Positions 27,401 to 42,002 of a stretch of 64,000 nucleotides of DNA are shown here, piece after piece (positions within the stretch are counted from its first letter, which is position 1; each line of letters begins with the position of its first letter). Made by a program: the position numbers and the translations under genes. The notes beneath the pieces are model-generated. The model ran no database searches. It saw only the letters and a list, made by a program, of their open reading frames with translations, and was not told the origin of the DNA. Source of the stretch: Octopus bimaculoides (taxonomy: Eukaryota); the NCBI RefSeq assembly GCF_001194135.2, contig NC_068997.1:11989111-12053110 (forward strand), given 5' to 3'.

Positions 27401-29433
27401 GAAGTTAAATTGTAGTGAAACGCTCTACCATTTTTACGTTAGTTAATTTATATTCATTTACGTGTAAGTTAACAGAAATTATTAAGGTAGTTCGTTTGAA
27501 AGAAAATCCGTATTGAGCGATATGCTTCTTATATTTTGGGGAGATTATTGTTAATGTTATGTTTTCAAGTTGAATTAATATTCTTATCAATATTATTACA
27601 ATGTTAAAATATAATCTTAATCTTGTTTAGTATAATAAATTTTAACAGAAGGAGATTTGAAATTTGTAATCCGTTTTTCAATAGAATTGAGGATTAGGTG
27701 ACATAAATGGTTTCATGAGTGTTTTAAATTTATATTGCATGTCACATGCATTATATAATGTGTATGTGTTTTTTTTTTTAATTGATTGCAATGGGAAACT
27801 TCGTGCTGGAATGTTTTGTCGCCAAAATTGATTTGTGTCAATTATTGTGTTTGAGTCATATAACATTGAAAACACGAAATGAAAAGTTCAGCGCAGCAGG
27901 ATTTGTTCTCTTAAACAGTGCGCTTGTCATATACAAAATATATATCGTGTGTTGTTTGTCCTAGGTTTTTGTGAGTATTAAATGAATAATAGATTTAAAG
28001 GGAGGACATTTTTGCATCAATTTTAAACTGACAGTTATTTTATTGAACGTAAACAAATTATGCTCTTCCTTAAATAAAATTTTTAAAAGAATTTTTTCAT
28101 CAAATGTATAATAAAATTATTGAAATCGATCTTTTCCATATAGTTTGAAAACTTTAAACTTGTGACAAAAGAAAAGTGCAGGTTAGTGATTTTAAATGCA
28201 GAGAAGAATCTTCTGGAAGTATAAATTGCATAATTCTATAAACGTATTTGTAATGGATTTACTATGCTGAAGCTGCAATTGTACCTCTATTGTAATAAAC
28301 GTCAATTTGAATATTAAGATCTGTTATCCAAGTTGGAATTTTCGTTTCTGTTGTAGAGATTCTGTAGTGATATTTGCAATTGATGACTTTATATTATCAA
28401 CCGTTCTGAAGATACAACAATTCCCGTGTGGTGTGTTACAGTGTTACGTATATTCTTGCGAGAGACAGTGCGGCTGAGTAATGGCCTGTATAAAGAATAA
28501 AATAACCGATCAAAGTAAAATGTATGTGTGAGTTCTATAGCTGCTTATAAAATATATCAGATGGAATAGATAAAGGCTAGACGTCTAGCACATGTTAGAA
28601 ATTTATGATTGACATCCAATATTATCTTTCTTTCATACACACATTTTATATTATACACGTATGTGTTTGTGTGTACAGGCGCACGCATATCTTTCCTTTT
28701 ACAAACACCATGTTCAGTGTAACATCGTGTACATATGTGTGTGTGTGTGTGCGTGACACCAGTAAAAAAAATCACGTTACTTAAAAGAAATTTACATTCA
28801 ACCCTACAAAAGTTGTCTCAACGTCAGGTGTTTTGTTGTTTTTTTTTGCTCGTTTTATCAACACCAGCTGGGTTCTTCTAGCGTGATTCTGATTTATAAC
28901 ACAGGCAACCTGTCTGAATACAATTTCTCCTTTATTCCTACCCTTCTCGACGGTCCTAACAGAAAATGTCACATTAAGAGAATAGAAAACTTTGGAAGAA
29001 TGCATTGTTACTTCGGCTGTTAAGAGCTGTATTTCAGCAAAAACGGTAGCATGTAATTTTTACATGTTCTTTACGTTCTGAGCCCAAATTTCGCTGAGAT
29101 GTCTACAATGTTGTCTTTCATCTTTTCCTCATATTTTCAGTTTGAAAAAGGCGCGATTTAATCGACAAATTCCCTCATTTAAATTTCTGAATGTGTGCCT
29201 GTCTTAGAAGTAATTATTACAATGGTTGTTTCCGTTTTCCCATAAATGGCATCTCCGATATTTCAACTTTACATATGAATTGAAATTTTATTTTATAATT
29301 TAGTATTCTTGTATTTGATTTTCAGTAATTATAGCGTGATGTGCTTCATTATTTTGAAAGCTTAAGAATTCCTATGAGAGATTTTAAAATAAATATTTAT
29401 AGTCATGTAATATTCAGAACATAATTTCATAGT

Positions 29434-29562
<129 letters not shown>

Positions 29563-31263
29563 CAATAGATTTATTTTGGGAATTTGATGCTTCAAGGTAT
29601 GAGAGATTTCTTGCTTGCTACATCGATAATGTCTCGGCGTACTAACCGAAAGCAAAAAGATACGAAATTCCACTATTTTATAAATCAACATCACTCAGTT
29701 CTCATCGCTACTTTTCATTGTTTTATGAAGTTGGGGACAGCCGTACATATATTTGACAAGTGGTTCTTACCAATGAAATTATACATACAAGTCCTTCTGT
29801 GGTTATAACTAGTAATGAGCGTGGGGACTGGCGGAATTACAGATCACAGATCAGGTGCTTCCAGTCATTTTTTGGCTTAGAGGAGAAATTGAAATTGTCT
29901 TATCCTTGTTCGAAAATCTGCGTGTTGTGGGTAAAAAAAGGGGATGCTTTCCTCGGACTGTGACCTGTTTCGAAAGCATGCAACAACGCTTAAGATTAAA
30001 GTTTATTGTAATATAAAATTTAGCGCCGCAAAATGACATAAAGACCAAAACGCCTGTCAGTTACGATTCACTGTCGTTAAAAAAAACACAAAGAGAGTTC
30101 ATCGATAATGTAATGTTTGGCACAGTCTATCTGAAATTGAATTACACGAGAGTCTCTGAAGAAGTGCTTGTAATTGAGGTTTAATGGAGAAGAGTTGATC
30201 TAACCCGGTAATAAGCGAATTTTCAGTTCTGATCCAATGAGCTAAAATATTATGGAAGTAAATGCAGTTTACAGAAGACTATACCTATCTAATATTGTCC
30301 ACAACTCAGAAGTAAACTGCACTTTATTCTTCAGCAATGTTTTCATAAAAATACGTTTAGCAAAGAAATTACCCTTTGAAATACTTCGTGGTAATGGCTT
30401 TGAGATACTTTGAATACATCTTAAAACTGTATTTACTGAACTGTTAAGAACAATAAACAGAACATAATTTATTAGGAAATTCTTTAGCGATATGATTAAA
30501 AGTAGATATGGGAAAACGAAACCACTGGGATTTCATCTCAGTATAATACTAAGCTGTGCATGTGTTCTATTATTTTACTATTAAGGTTTAATAGTAACAA
30601 TAAGCTTCAGCTTTAAAGAAAAATTAATAGTGTATTGAGAGATTCAAAACTTCATTTATTTGACATCATAAGTTAAATTAATATATATATGTCAGTCGCA
30701 AATTGAAACCAGATAATGCTTTGGGTATTCTCTAACTTATTTTCATTAACATAGTACAAGTTAAAAATAGATTTTCTTACAGCTGAATCAGATCAAGATT
30801 TGTAGAGAGAAAAGTGTATACACACGAAATGAGTCGATTCTTTATTTTTATGTCATTGATTCTTTTAAAATGTAAATTCTGCACCAATGGGATTTGAACA
30901 CAGTATGTGCAGAGGCATAAGTAAATAATATTTCTCACACTCAAATGTCTTTCTCTTTAGTTAATAATTCTGTATTCTAGGTTATACATACATTCATTCC
31001 ACCGCACGAGATAGAAATTTCATTGGTACCTCAAATTAACAGCAGCTTAAACGGTTATCGAAATGGCTAGGAAGAAAGGAATTTTAATATTACATATGGA
31101 TCTATTTTCAACGTAAATAGTGAAACAAGCATTTTCCATTTACTAAGCAAATAAAAACGCAGCATAAACCCCGCCACACACACACAAACACACACACACT
31201 TACATATACCACTCATATATACATGCCTGTATGTACATAAACACACACTGTACATGTAGATAT

Positions 31264-31317
<54 letters not shown>

Positions 31318-31449
31318 TTATCTGCCAATCTATCAATATATATATATATATAAGTTTTATGGAAGTAAGATCAGTTAACAGAAGACTATACCTATCTAAC
31401 ATTGCCCACAGCCCAGAAGTAAACTGCACTTTATTCTTCATTCGCCATG

Positions 31450-31620
31450 ATTGACCGTTAGCCAATAAACCTTTTTTCAATTTTCTCTCTCTGTTTATTT
31501 CTGCGTTCCTTTCTGTTGAAGAGCATAGGCTCGAAACGTAAAAGACTTTCTCACTTCCCGAGCGTTAAACTAATACATCTGTTTGTTGTTTACACACCCG
31601 TCTTCGTCTTTTGTTTTGAT
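31450..31620 (+). mobile_element. Penelope-type terminal-repeat (pLTR-like) fragment carrying a hammerhead motif
   Basis: Hammerhead motif embedded in a T-rich repeat-like segment. Minimal hammerheads are a known hallmark of Penelope pLTRs; family assignment is inference. Confidence 0.55.
31505..31548 (+). ncRNA. Minimal type I hammerhead ribozyme-like motif (variant core)
   Basis: cttt(31509-12)-CTGTTGA(31513-19)-A-GAGC atag GCTC-GAAA(31533-36)-CG-TA-aaag(31541-44). This gives stem II of 4 bp, a palindromic ACGT stem III, a GUA cleavage triplet and stem I cttt/aaag. Core A6 is U. Confidence 0.65.
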
Positions 31621-32485
31621 TGTTTGCAAAATACATAAATACATACACTTATATATATAGTTATATTATATGCATGTGCATATGCGTATGTACATAAGAG
31701 AGAAATAGACATAAGGAGCTAGCAGGAAAGAGGCATAGTAGCCTCATTGTTTATGAGACTCATCAATATTATTTCTGCAACCTCAAAAAAGAAAATGGAG
31801 TGTGGAAGGAAACATACGAAAATCCACTAAGTGCGAGACACAAGTTTGATGCGTTCAATATGTAGGACATGTGTGCATTTATTACTTTAGTTTAATGAAA
31901 GGAGTTTCGAATTGAATTCGAGAACATAATATCCCACATTTCTAAAGGCTTTTCTTCCCGACACATGACATATTTATCGTTACTTCTCTGATATAAAAGC
32001 ATGATACTATTACACAAGAGAGATCACTTCGTAGTCGTTCTTACTGGTCAGAATTTATGGGCTTGGTGACAGTGCAACTGATAATATTGATAATTTTGTT
32101 TCGTTTTCAAACGTCAAGATTTCCAATTTCCATGAGCCTGGTCCTGTCAGATTTGATAATTTTCGTAATCTTGTACATATCAAAACTTTCATTTTTGATA
32201 TGGCCACACGAATCAGAATTGATATGTATCCCGACTTTCGACCTGTAATAATGGATATTTTAACATCAATGATACGATAACTAAAGACACTTTATAAGAA
32301 CTTTCAGTTAGCTCAGAGTTATCAATAATCACGTAAAGTGTCATAATGGCAGAGCGAATATATAATACTTGTCTCTCTTGCTTCTACAGCTTTGCATTTC
32401 TATGTTGCGTCTGGCGCCTCTGATACTTCCTCCAATTCCATTTCAATATTTCTTGGAACAGCATATGAATTTTGAAGGAGAGACA

Positions 32486-32486
<1 letters not shown>

Positions 32487-32539
<53 letters not shown>

Positions 32540-32844
32540 NNNNNNNNNNNNNNNNNNNNNNNNNNNNNNNNNNNNNNNNNNNNNNNNNNNNNNNNNNNNN
32601 NNNNNNNNNNNNNNNNNNNNNNNNNNNNNNNNNNNNNNNNNNNNNNNNNNNNNNNNNNNNNNNNNNNNNNNNNNNNNNNNNNNNNNNNNNNNNNNNNNNN
32701 NNNNNNNNNNNNNNNNNNNNNNNNNNNNNNNNNNNNNNNNNNNNNNNNNNNNNNNNNNNNNNNNNNNNNNNNNNNNNNNNNNNNNNNNNNNNNNNNNNNN
32801 NNNNNNNNNNNNNNNNNNNNNNNNNNNNNNNNNNNNNNNNNNNN

Positions 32845-32903
<59 letters not shown>

Positions 32904-33039
32904 TGTGTGTACATATGTACATATAGAAAGAAGAAGAAGAAGAAGAAGAAGAAGAAGAAGAAGAAGAAGAAGAAGAAGAAGAAGAAGAAGAAGAAGAAGA
33001 AGAAGAAGAAGAAGAAGAAGAAGAAGAAGAAGAAGAAGA
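32487..33039. repeat. Compound microsatellite block (TA)n-(TG)n-gap-(GATA)n-(AAG)~38
   Basis: Directly visible; source of the poly-K/R/L/F/S ORFs. Confidence 0.97.
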
Positions 33040-33421
33040 TGTGTAGGAGAGACACACAAATGGGCGAAGAGAAAAGTGTCAATGGAATTGACGGTTCATG
33101 TACATCGTTGGGCAGTTTTCAGTTCCAATATTAAATCCACTTTAACAATAATCACTTCTTAATTACGTATAACCGTAATTGCTGAATTTAAATAAAATGG
33201 TGGCTACTCATTTTGATTTACCTTCGTATAATAATACTATTTATTTCATTCGCCCAGAAGAAATGAAATGCCATGTCTGATTCAGCACAACTTCAACCCT
33301 GAAAGTAGAGGGATTAAATTTCATAATAGATATATTTTGCTCGGCTACGTTGTCATTTGATCTGACCTAGATCTTTCCCTTCGCAAACTTTCCCCAAACT
33401 TCCATGCAGACGCACATGCTT

Positions 33422-33494
<73 letters not shown>

Positions 33495-36400
33495 NNNNNN
33501 NNNNNNNNNNNNNNNNNNNNNNNNNNNNNNNNNNNNNNNNNNNNNNNNNNNNNNNNNNNNNNNNNNNNNNNNNNNNNNNNNNNNNNNNNNNNNNNNNNNN
33601 NNNNNNNNNNNNNNNNNNNNNNNNNNNNNNNNNNNNNNNNNNNNNNNNNNNNNNNNNNNNNNNNNNNNNNNNNNNNNNNNNNNNNNNNNNNNNNNNNNNN
33701 NNNNNNNNNNNNNNNNNNNNNNNNNNNNNNNNNNNNNNNNNNNNNNNNNNNNNNNNNNNNNNNNNNNNNNNNNNNNNNNNNNNNNNNNNNNNNNNNNNNN
33801 NNNNNNNNNNNNNNNNNNNNNNNNNNNNNNNNNNNNNNNNNNNNNNNNNNNNNNNNNNNNNNNNNNNNGTCCGAAAGCTCATACCCAGCCTAAATCGTGC
33901 GTATTTTGTCTTACCAGGACAGAAAACTCAAATCATGTCCGTCCCAAAGGCGCAAGTCTCTTTTTCTCAAAATTCCACCACTTCTGCATAGAATGCATCA
34001 TATATTCGAAGATGGCACTGGGATTTGGTGTCTCGGCATAGATGTGTATATTCGACTCACAATACAACTCATTTCTTAGTTCTATAAATACAGATTTGGT
34101 AGATAATCTTCAACAGATATTCTTCTGTTTTATCACATTCAGCTCACACGTACATACACGCCAAAATTATCTTCAAACAAACAAAGCCGCTGGTCGTTGC
34201 AACTTTCTACACATTCCGGAAAATCGATGTTGTACCTATATATACCTCCTTACGTTATCTCTTTCCTCATGGTCTATTTCAGTTAAATTTCGTACATGGA
34301 AACTGCTTTTGTATTTGAGGGAGTGCGTATGTGTATGTGGGTGTGTGTATGTGTGCGTGTGTAGGCGTGTACGTATCCGAGTACGTGTGTGTGTATTTAT
34401 GTATGTGTCTGTTGCTTGAGTATTTACAATTGTGCATTAGTATATGTTTGTATTTCTTTCTTTTTTACCAAGCCCCAGTAAAAAGCTCTTCTTTTACCAA
34501 ATATGTAACGTAATCACTTGGTAAATATCGATAAAAGGGGTACTGGACAGGAAGCAATGTTTAAGCATGGCTGCAGTTCAATGACTAAAAGTAAAAAACA
34601 ATAACACTTGAGGAATGACAGAACAGAATGCGAGGTGATATTTTTATTTGCAATAACACACATTGAAGGAAACTAATCTCAGTTACTAGATTTGTGTCAC
34701 TTAAGAACAAAGTCTAATGCTGAAAGAAGAAAGCAAGCGGCATGATGTAATGAATATGCATTTCCTACATATATTACAGATGTTAAAGAGATTTTTAACA
34801 TTAAGAATAAAATTAAATGGATTCTCTTGAGTGGTAGACTTTGTAAATCACTCTAGTTTAACACGGCTTTTGGTCATTGATATATTTGGTGGGAATGTTC
34901 GATGTTTTAGGTCAAGTCACGGAGGTCTCATTCGAGCTACTGGTACCAGCCTTCTTTACTGGCTAAGAAACAAAAACAAATTTAATAAGACTAAAAATAA
35001 TATGTGTCGTAGTCAAAAGTAAACAGAACCTTAGATCTTGTTCTACAGTTCCTGGCACTTTAATGATTAATATTGATTTCTTATCTACCAATAAGATGCT
35101 ATCACTGATAGTAATAAGAGTGAAAATGAAAAATGTAATGTTAATGCTTTTCTCAGATTAGTCGAAGTGAAATAAAATACGTTTAAACGTGTAGCAAATT
35201 TGCTTCACAGTCTCTCTAGGTTTAAAATATATCGTTTATGTATTGGATCGTCTCTCTTGAGAACTTTTTGCTTCCAAGTGTAAAAGGTCTTTCACTTCAA
35301 TTCCAGTTAATATCAATGAAATATCGCAAACGCTTCAGTTGATGTCCTATAATATAAGGATTTGTGTAATGTAAAAATAGATTATATAGTGTAATCTACA
35401 CTTATTGGTTTAGAAATACACTTAATGTTTGATAGTATTATGTGAAAAAAATTTGAAATGTTATTTACACAAAATTATATTTATTGCTGGAAGGTAACAT
35501 TAATGGAAAACTGAAATGCATAAAGTGATTGGTGAATATTATAGGTCATGCTATTCTTAAATATATTGACACAAGTCGACAAAATGCTTCAAGTATGGAA
35601 TAGAGTTAGATCTAATTTATTGTCTGCTCTGTCTCAAGAAATAGTATCCTTTTTTAATAATCACAGAACTTGAATTTTCAAAGAGATAGTGTAAAGATGA
35701 TTGAATCAGCTCAATTATATTATCGATATCTTATGGATCTTCAAGAAGAATGGAAGTAAATACCTTCGCTGCAGACACACTGAAGTGCTGATGATAGAAT
35801 AGCTATCTCTACCCTATTCAATTGACAGTTCGAGATTACTCTTCAAATGTACAATACGAGATTGACAAATGTTAAAGGTATCTATAAAAGAAAACTGAAA
35901 AGTGAAAAATCAAAAACCTCTCAGTATTTATAATCATTTTCCTGGTGCTTTCCGACGTGAATTTCTTTGAGATTTTCCTACCAGAAGTAATAAAACTTAT
36001 CTAAATCTATATATTTTCAAGTGATTTCTCATTTACTATTTATCACATAATTACGATATTAAAGTCTCTATCCATTTCTTCATATCTTTTATGACTGTAA
36101 TACACACAAATACACAATTTGATTTAAATATATTCCCAAGGATCTTTTATAAAGTGAAACCATTTCATTAGGTGTACATGGTGCCCAAAGGTTGACGTAA
36201 AAATATTTGATTGCTAATTTGCTTTGTTTTATATTTTTTTCGTTCGAATATTTTATAGCTTATTCTTGAGTCAATAAAAAGACAATTCCGTTCTATAAAT
36301 ATGTTTCTGCTACAGTAAAAATAACATAAATGCCGTTGTCTCTTCTGACACTTCATTTAAATATTTATTCATTGAAGTATTTATAGCGATTAATGGACAT

Positions 36401-37314
36401 TATGTCCGAATCGCATTTAGATAAGAAAACTAAATTCATACACACGGTTTCGTTCATATATATGTATGTCTTTGTTTATGGCGTATTCATGGATGTTAGT
36501 GTTTACGCCCAAGTGCGTATGTCTTTATATGTGTGTGTGTGTGTACATATATATTAAATATATTATTCTTTAAGTCATAAATAAATATGAAATCCAGTTT
36601 TATGACTAATTAATATGTGCGGAGTACAATTATTAAAGAAATAAATTAAACACAATATATTTGTATTCTAATAGATGATTTTCGTGAATGGAATCTTTCT
36701 CGTCATGCCTACACGTTTGATGAAGTATATAATGATGCAGCCTAACACTATATTAGGAACGCAAAGCGACGAAGTTAATGTCATTTACTGTAATGAATTG
36801 ATAGGTAACATACATATATACATACATACACACATACATACATAACATACATACATACATACATACATGCATACGTAGACTGAGACACACGCATACACAC
36901 ACAAATACATATTAAAAGTAACTCCATCTGTTTGTATCTATGTATGTGCATAGTAGTGTATATCGATACTTCGATGTATGATTGTGTGGTCAAAATTTCT
37001 ATTCCTGAAATTCGCTTTCGAAACTGTAAGAATTGGCTGGGGGGGGGGTCCGAAATAACCAAAATGCTTCTAGGAAAATTATATTCTTTGATTAGAAATC
37101 ACGAGTTTTGCTCTAAACTGGTCATTGATTATCAAACAGAAAATCAAAATGGATGACTGAATGTGACAGCATGAAGAGGTGGAATAGTAAAACATAAATA
37201 TTCAGTACATATTTGGCATGGCTAAACACGCGTTATTTATATAAAAAGGAAAGAGGTTAATAGAATATAGACATACACACAAACACTCAAATACATACGT
37301 ACATAAATATTTGA

Positions 37315-37553
37315 CTCGCATCCTAAGTCTCACCGGGCCGCTTACCTGGTTTCCAAGGCGTCTAATTTGCTAGGATTACAACATCTCCCATGAACGGGAT
37401 GCCAATGCATCGCAGCATTATTCATTTACAGGTGAATGGACTGAACCAAGGTGAAATGTAGTGTTTTGCTCAAGAACATAAGACACCACCTGCTCGGGGA
37501 ATCGAACCCATGATCAAGCGATCTCGAGTGTAACATCCAAACAGCTAGGCTTA
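37315..37553 (-). mobile_element. SINE family C, V-SINE-like
   Basis: Reverse complement has a tRNA-like B box (gggttcgattccccg), then tatgttcttgagcaaaacact, then gcgatgcattggcatcccgttcatggg, which resembles the V-domain signature GCGATGGACTGGC.TCCCGTCCAGGG. Confidence 0.7.
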
Positions 37554-39037
37554 CTATATACGTATATGTACGTGTGTGCTTCTGTATTTGCATGTCTGTG
37601 TATCGTTCCTTCTATGTAAATCTTATGTAAATGAATTACTTTACGTTTCAATAAACGATGTTTTCATTTTGTATACTTGTTTAGTTAGCAATTACCACTG
37701 AATTTGAAAGTTCATTTCTGACAACATATCATTGATTCCTTATCTGGATCTCATTTGTTAGATGCTACTCTGATCTATTCACTACCAAGAATTACTGAAA
37801 ATTAATACTTTATTTTCCTATTGGAAACAAGTTACGCAACTTACCATCAACATATTCTTATATGTTAATATTGCTATATTTATTCTTATATAAATACGTG
37901 ATTTTTTTTTTTATTTAGGGTATAATATACATGCTCTCCATCCTTTTGGCTTGATTTTTTAAACTTTTATTTGACTTTCTGTAACAATTGAGAATAAGAG
38001 ATTAATGCTATATTCTAAAATAATTATATCTACTATATAATTTTCTCTTATGTTATTCGACGCTTAACAAATATGTATGTTTGCAACAAGGATAGTTATA
38101 AATTAAAAGAAAATCTGTTTAAAAAAATACGTGTAATTATCTCATTTTATTTTAGGGTTATGAAATGAGATGGATGAAAAAGATCCATTTACTTTATGTG
38201 ATATAATATAAATGGATGGTTTATTTCTTGTGACGAACTAAGAAATATATCTGATAGGTAATTTGTAATAAACTGCTCTAGGAAGGCGACTTTTGTGATA
38301 AATTTTATATTCTTTTCTCAATTATGTATTCATGTGTTCAGTCGGAGTTAACGAAGTTGAAAACTGCTGGAATATGTATATTTTTCCGATTTATGACATA
38401 CATATTTAATCAATTTGAATAAGAAAATACATAAAGAGCAAAAATAATTTATTCGATTGAAAATACGTCAAGAATTTTCATTTTCATTCAAAAAAATATT
38501 TTATTATCAAATAAAATATAATGTTTTATCTTTGTGAAAATGCTGACGTATGATTAAGCAAAACAATGTTGTAGAAAATATTCAAATTGTACTCTTTTCA
38601 AAGAATATATTACATGATTTAATAAAGCAAATTATCAAAACGTTTTTCAAAGTAAACTTTTATCTAAAAATGCATGAAACATCAGTTAATTTGTTGTTAT
38701 GACATATTGATGTACAGGATCGTGTTTAATATGAGATTCCAAGAGCAGCAAAGTGGTTGGAAGTATTGTGGAACGGCTTAAATCAATTTCATTATAGGCT
38801 GTAGTTATAATATTAGATGCAACTGAGCCTTCACATCTAACTTTGATATGTAGCTATACTATATGTATATTATATGTATACTATATGTATTTTGTAATAT
38901 TTATTATTATGGACGGATGGAAGCAGACGAAAGTACATCTAGTTGAAATCTAGGTGTCATATACTGTAGGATTTTCCAAAAATAGATGTACAAGAAGTAT
39001 GAGAAAATGCAACAATCGCGCGATAACAATATACTTA

Positions 39038-39255
39038 TATTGGTTTCAAATTATGGTATAGGGCCAGCAATTCCAAAGGAGGGGTGACGTCGATTACATC
39101 GTTCCCAGTGCTCAACTGGTACTAATTTTATCGACCCCTAAAAGATAAAAGGCAACGTTGACCACAGCAGAATCTTAACTCAGAACATAAAGACGGACGA
39201 AATGCTGCTAAGCATTATCCTTGGCGTGCTAACCACTGTGCGAGCTCGCCGCCCT
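39038..39255 (-). mobile_element. SINE family B, diverged
   Basis: Reverse complement agggcggcgagctcgcacagtggttagcacgccaagg...gagttaagattctgctg...ttgccttttatcttttagggtcgataaaattagtaccagttgagcactggg. Confidence 0.85.
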
Positions 39256-39529
39256 GCAAGATATTTATGTTAGCGCAATCTTCGTTGATGTAACAATTAC
39301 CAAAACTAAAGGGAGCAGTTTAATAATTTAATGCTAGATGTGTTGTACAATTGAAAACACTCGTAGAATTCTATACTTTAGAAAGCATTAAGCGATATGC
39401 ATGCCACTAACGGAAGCCAATCTCTCAAGAAACATATTAGGTGTAGGAAACAAACATCATGCTATGTCGTTTTATATGCTGACTGAAAATAATTAAAAGT
39501 AGGGATTCCATGTTCATTCATAACGATGT

Positions 39530-39970
39530 CAAATCTTCAATGTCGCCATATCAACAGTAAATGTAAAGCAACTTTACTCGGTGATGTAAATGGTATAACA
39601 CCCACCACATTACTCTGCTCATTTCCTCTTACTACACTTAAACAGTTGCTCACAAAGACAGACTGAATGAAATGCTGCATCAAAACGCCAATCTAATTCC
39701 AAAATCAGATATTCAGAGACCACATTGTCTTGTGAATGTCATATTATGACTATGGACAAGTAGATTCTCTACTTCATTTCATATGTATCTTGTTCATGTG
39801 GCAAATATTATGTTGCTTAATAAAATGGTATGATAATCTCGATCTATATTTCTCAAATACGTCATCATTATGAAATCCACTCCCAAGGGGGTTCTGATCG
39901 TTGCAGAATTAATGTATGGTATATTGCAGAAAGGAACATGTAACTCAGTATTTCACATGGGGCTCTTCAG
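39530..39970 (+). mobile_element. Possible very old RTE LINE 3' ORF2 remnant
   Basis: ELMYGILQKGTCN (~39905-39945) resembles the RTE LLYG.L..G.R motif, and KDRLNEMLHQNANL upstream resembles W.DR..NEEVL..A; many stops. Confidence 0.35.
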
Positions 39971-40980
39971 TTCTGTGAAATGGAATTTGAAGTAATCTTA
40001 TTGTAAATTAATAATGAATAGGGTATGTAAGCTGAAATACATCTGAGTACTCTCAATGGAACTCTAGGATATGCATCTCGCATGATAAAATACCACTAAT
40101 GCAAGCTGTGTACATTATGTCTCTGGAGGCTAAAGATGATGTTGTGCAAAAAATCATACTCGACGAGAGAATAACTTTCCTAATTCAAAATACATCGGTT
40201 TTTTACCTCTGAAATGAGAAAAATACGCGCAAAAAGAAACTTGCTTAAAATTTAATTCATGCAAATAGATTTAAGCTAAAACAATATCGGGTGTCGTAAA
40301 AAAATCTAGTGTTATATAAAATCTAAAAACCAGTCTATATTTGATATAGATACTTCTTAAGAATTGTTAGTGTAACAAGTAAGTCTTAAGGTGAATATCA
40401 ATATGCAACTTCATAAGAGACTAGTAGATGGTATCGGACTCTCTTACCAGTCTGATGTACGTGGTAATTGCTTTTAATGAAGCCGACATTTAAGAATGTC
40501 GTATTTAAAAAATAAACTTGATAGTTTTCAGTTCCATCATGTGTGTAGTTTCTGCCACAGAAGTTTGACATTGATAGTTTTTCAATTCATTCATAGTTTT
40601 TTAATCCTTATTTCCACAAAAAATTTGTATTTGATGTACGTGGCATTGAGCACCGTCCATTTCCAAATGGGATTCGTCATTGTAGCTGCAATTCATTCTC
40701 AGAATTTCAGGAAGGTATAATGGATACAATAGCTCTGTATGAGCATCACATCACTTGCTTTATTATATAGTTGAGTCAACTTTGGCTTCATAAAAAGTCA
40801 ACTCAACGTTGAATATCTGGCTTAAGTGTTATAAACATATATTAACCTCCCTTCATTAACACCTTAGAAAATTTTGGTTTCCAAGTACTAGAACTGTTGT
40901 TAATCTTAATACAGATGGCATCGAAGATCTTATAATGATGTCCCCACTAAAATATATATATATAAGCAACTGTTACTTAT

Positions 40981-41107
40981 TTTTCCAATCCCAATAATGA
41001 AAGGCAAACTTGATCCCGGTGACATTTGAACTCGGAACGTAAAGGCGGACGAAATGCCGCTAACCATTTCACCGGGAATGCTAACGATTCTACATCCTCA
41101 CCGTCTT
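40981..41107 (-). mobile_element. SINE family B, 5' half
   Basis: tgaaaggcaaacttgatcccggtgacatttgaactcggaacgtaaaggcggacgaaatgccgctaaccatttcaccggg matches the reverse complement of family B. Confidence 0.8.
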
Positions 41108-41443
41108 ACAGTGAAATATAAATATTAGCACCAGAAAGAGTTGACAATGTCAAGAATTCTGTAACGAATGCATTAGTACATATAAACGAATTTTTAACGA
41201 CAACACTTCAATACCTGAAGTTAATAATCAATTATAACTTAAAACCAACTCAGAGAAATAGAAAAATTTCGTTGCAATAATTAACGAATATAATTTTCCG
41301 TTAATTTTACTTTTTTGAGCAGAGATCTTGATAAATTTGATGCATTATCAAATTTGTTGTAACCATATAATGTAATATCGTATTGGCTACAGAGTGGGAG
41401 GTCTGACTCCAAACATAGCCATCCATACACGCGTAGACACCAG

Positions 41444-41587
<144 letters not shown>

Positions 41588-41778
41588 GAAAAACGGGTGC
41601 TCAGGCGAATCTGATTCCAGTGTGATTATTTTCTTAATTTATAGCAATTCTTTCAGTTCAAATATATTGTGTCTGGGCTTATTTCATTGTTATCGTCATA
41701 AATTTAAAATAATACTATTTCAACAATTCAGTAAAGTTAAAAAGTTTAGTACGAATGGTTTCAGTATTTAATACACAT

Positions 41779-42002
41779 TAAGGCGACGAGTGGATAGAAC
41801 CGTCAGTATGCCAGACAAAAAGCTTAACGACATTTCTTCCGGATCTTTACGTTCGGGTTTCAAATTTTACCGAGGTTGACTTTACCTTTCATCCTTTCGA
41901 GGTCCATCAAATAAGTTCTAGCTGAGCACTGAGTTAGATGTAGTTGACAACATATCTCCGCGCCAAATTTTAGGCCTTGATCCTATAGTAGAGTGAATTA
42001 TT
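41779..42002 (+). mobile_element. SINE family B, diverged full length
   Basis: taaggcgacgagtggatagaaccgtcag...gaggttgactttacctttcatcctttcgaggtccatcaaataag...ggccttgatcctatagtagag. Confidence 0.8.

Noticed and set aside
32035-32280. ~82-codon start-less open frame (plus strand), with an open antisense frame
   Set aside because: No recognisable motif. A rough estimate from base composition gives on the order of ten or more such frames by chance in this window.
33918-34090. Minus-strand exon candidates ending at a ctg|gtaaga donor
   Set aside because: The longer version has an in-frame stop; the 69-bp version has a weak acceptor and no homology.
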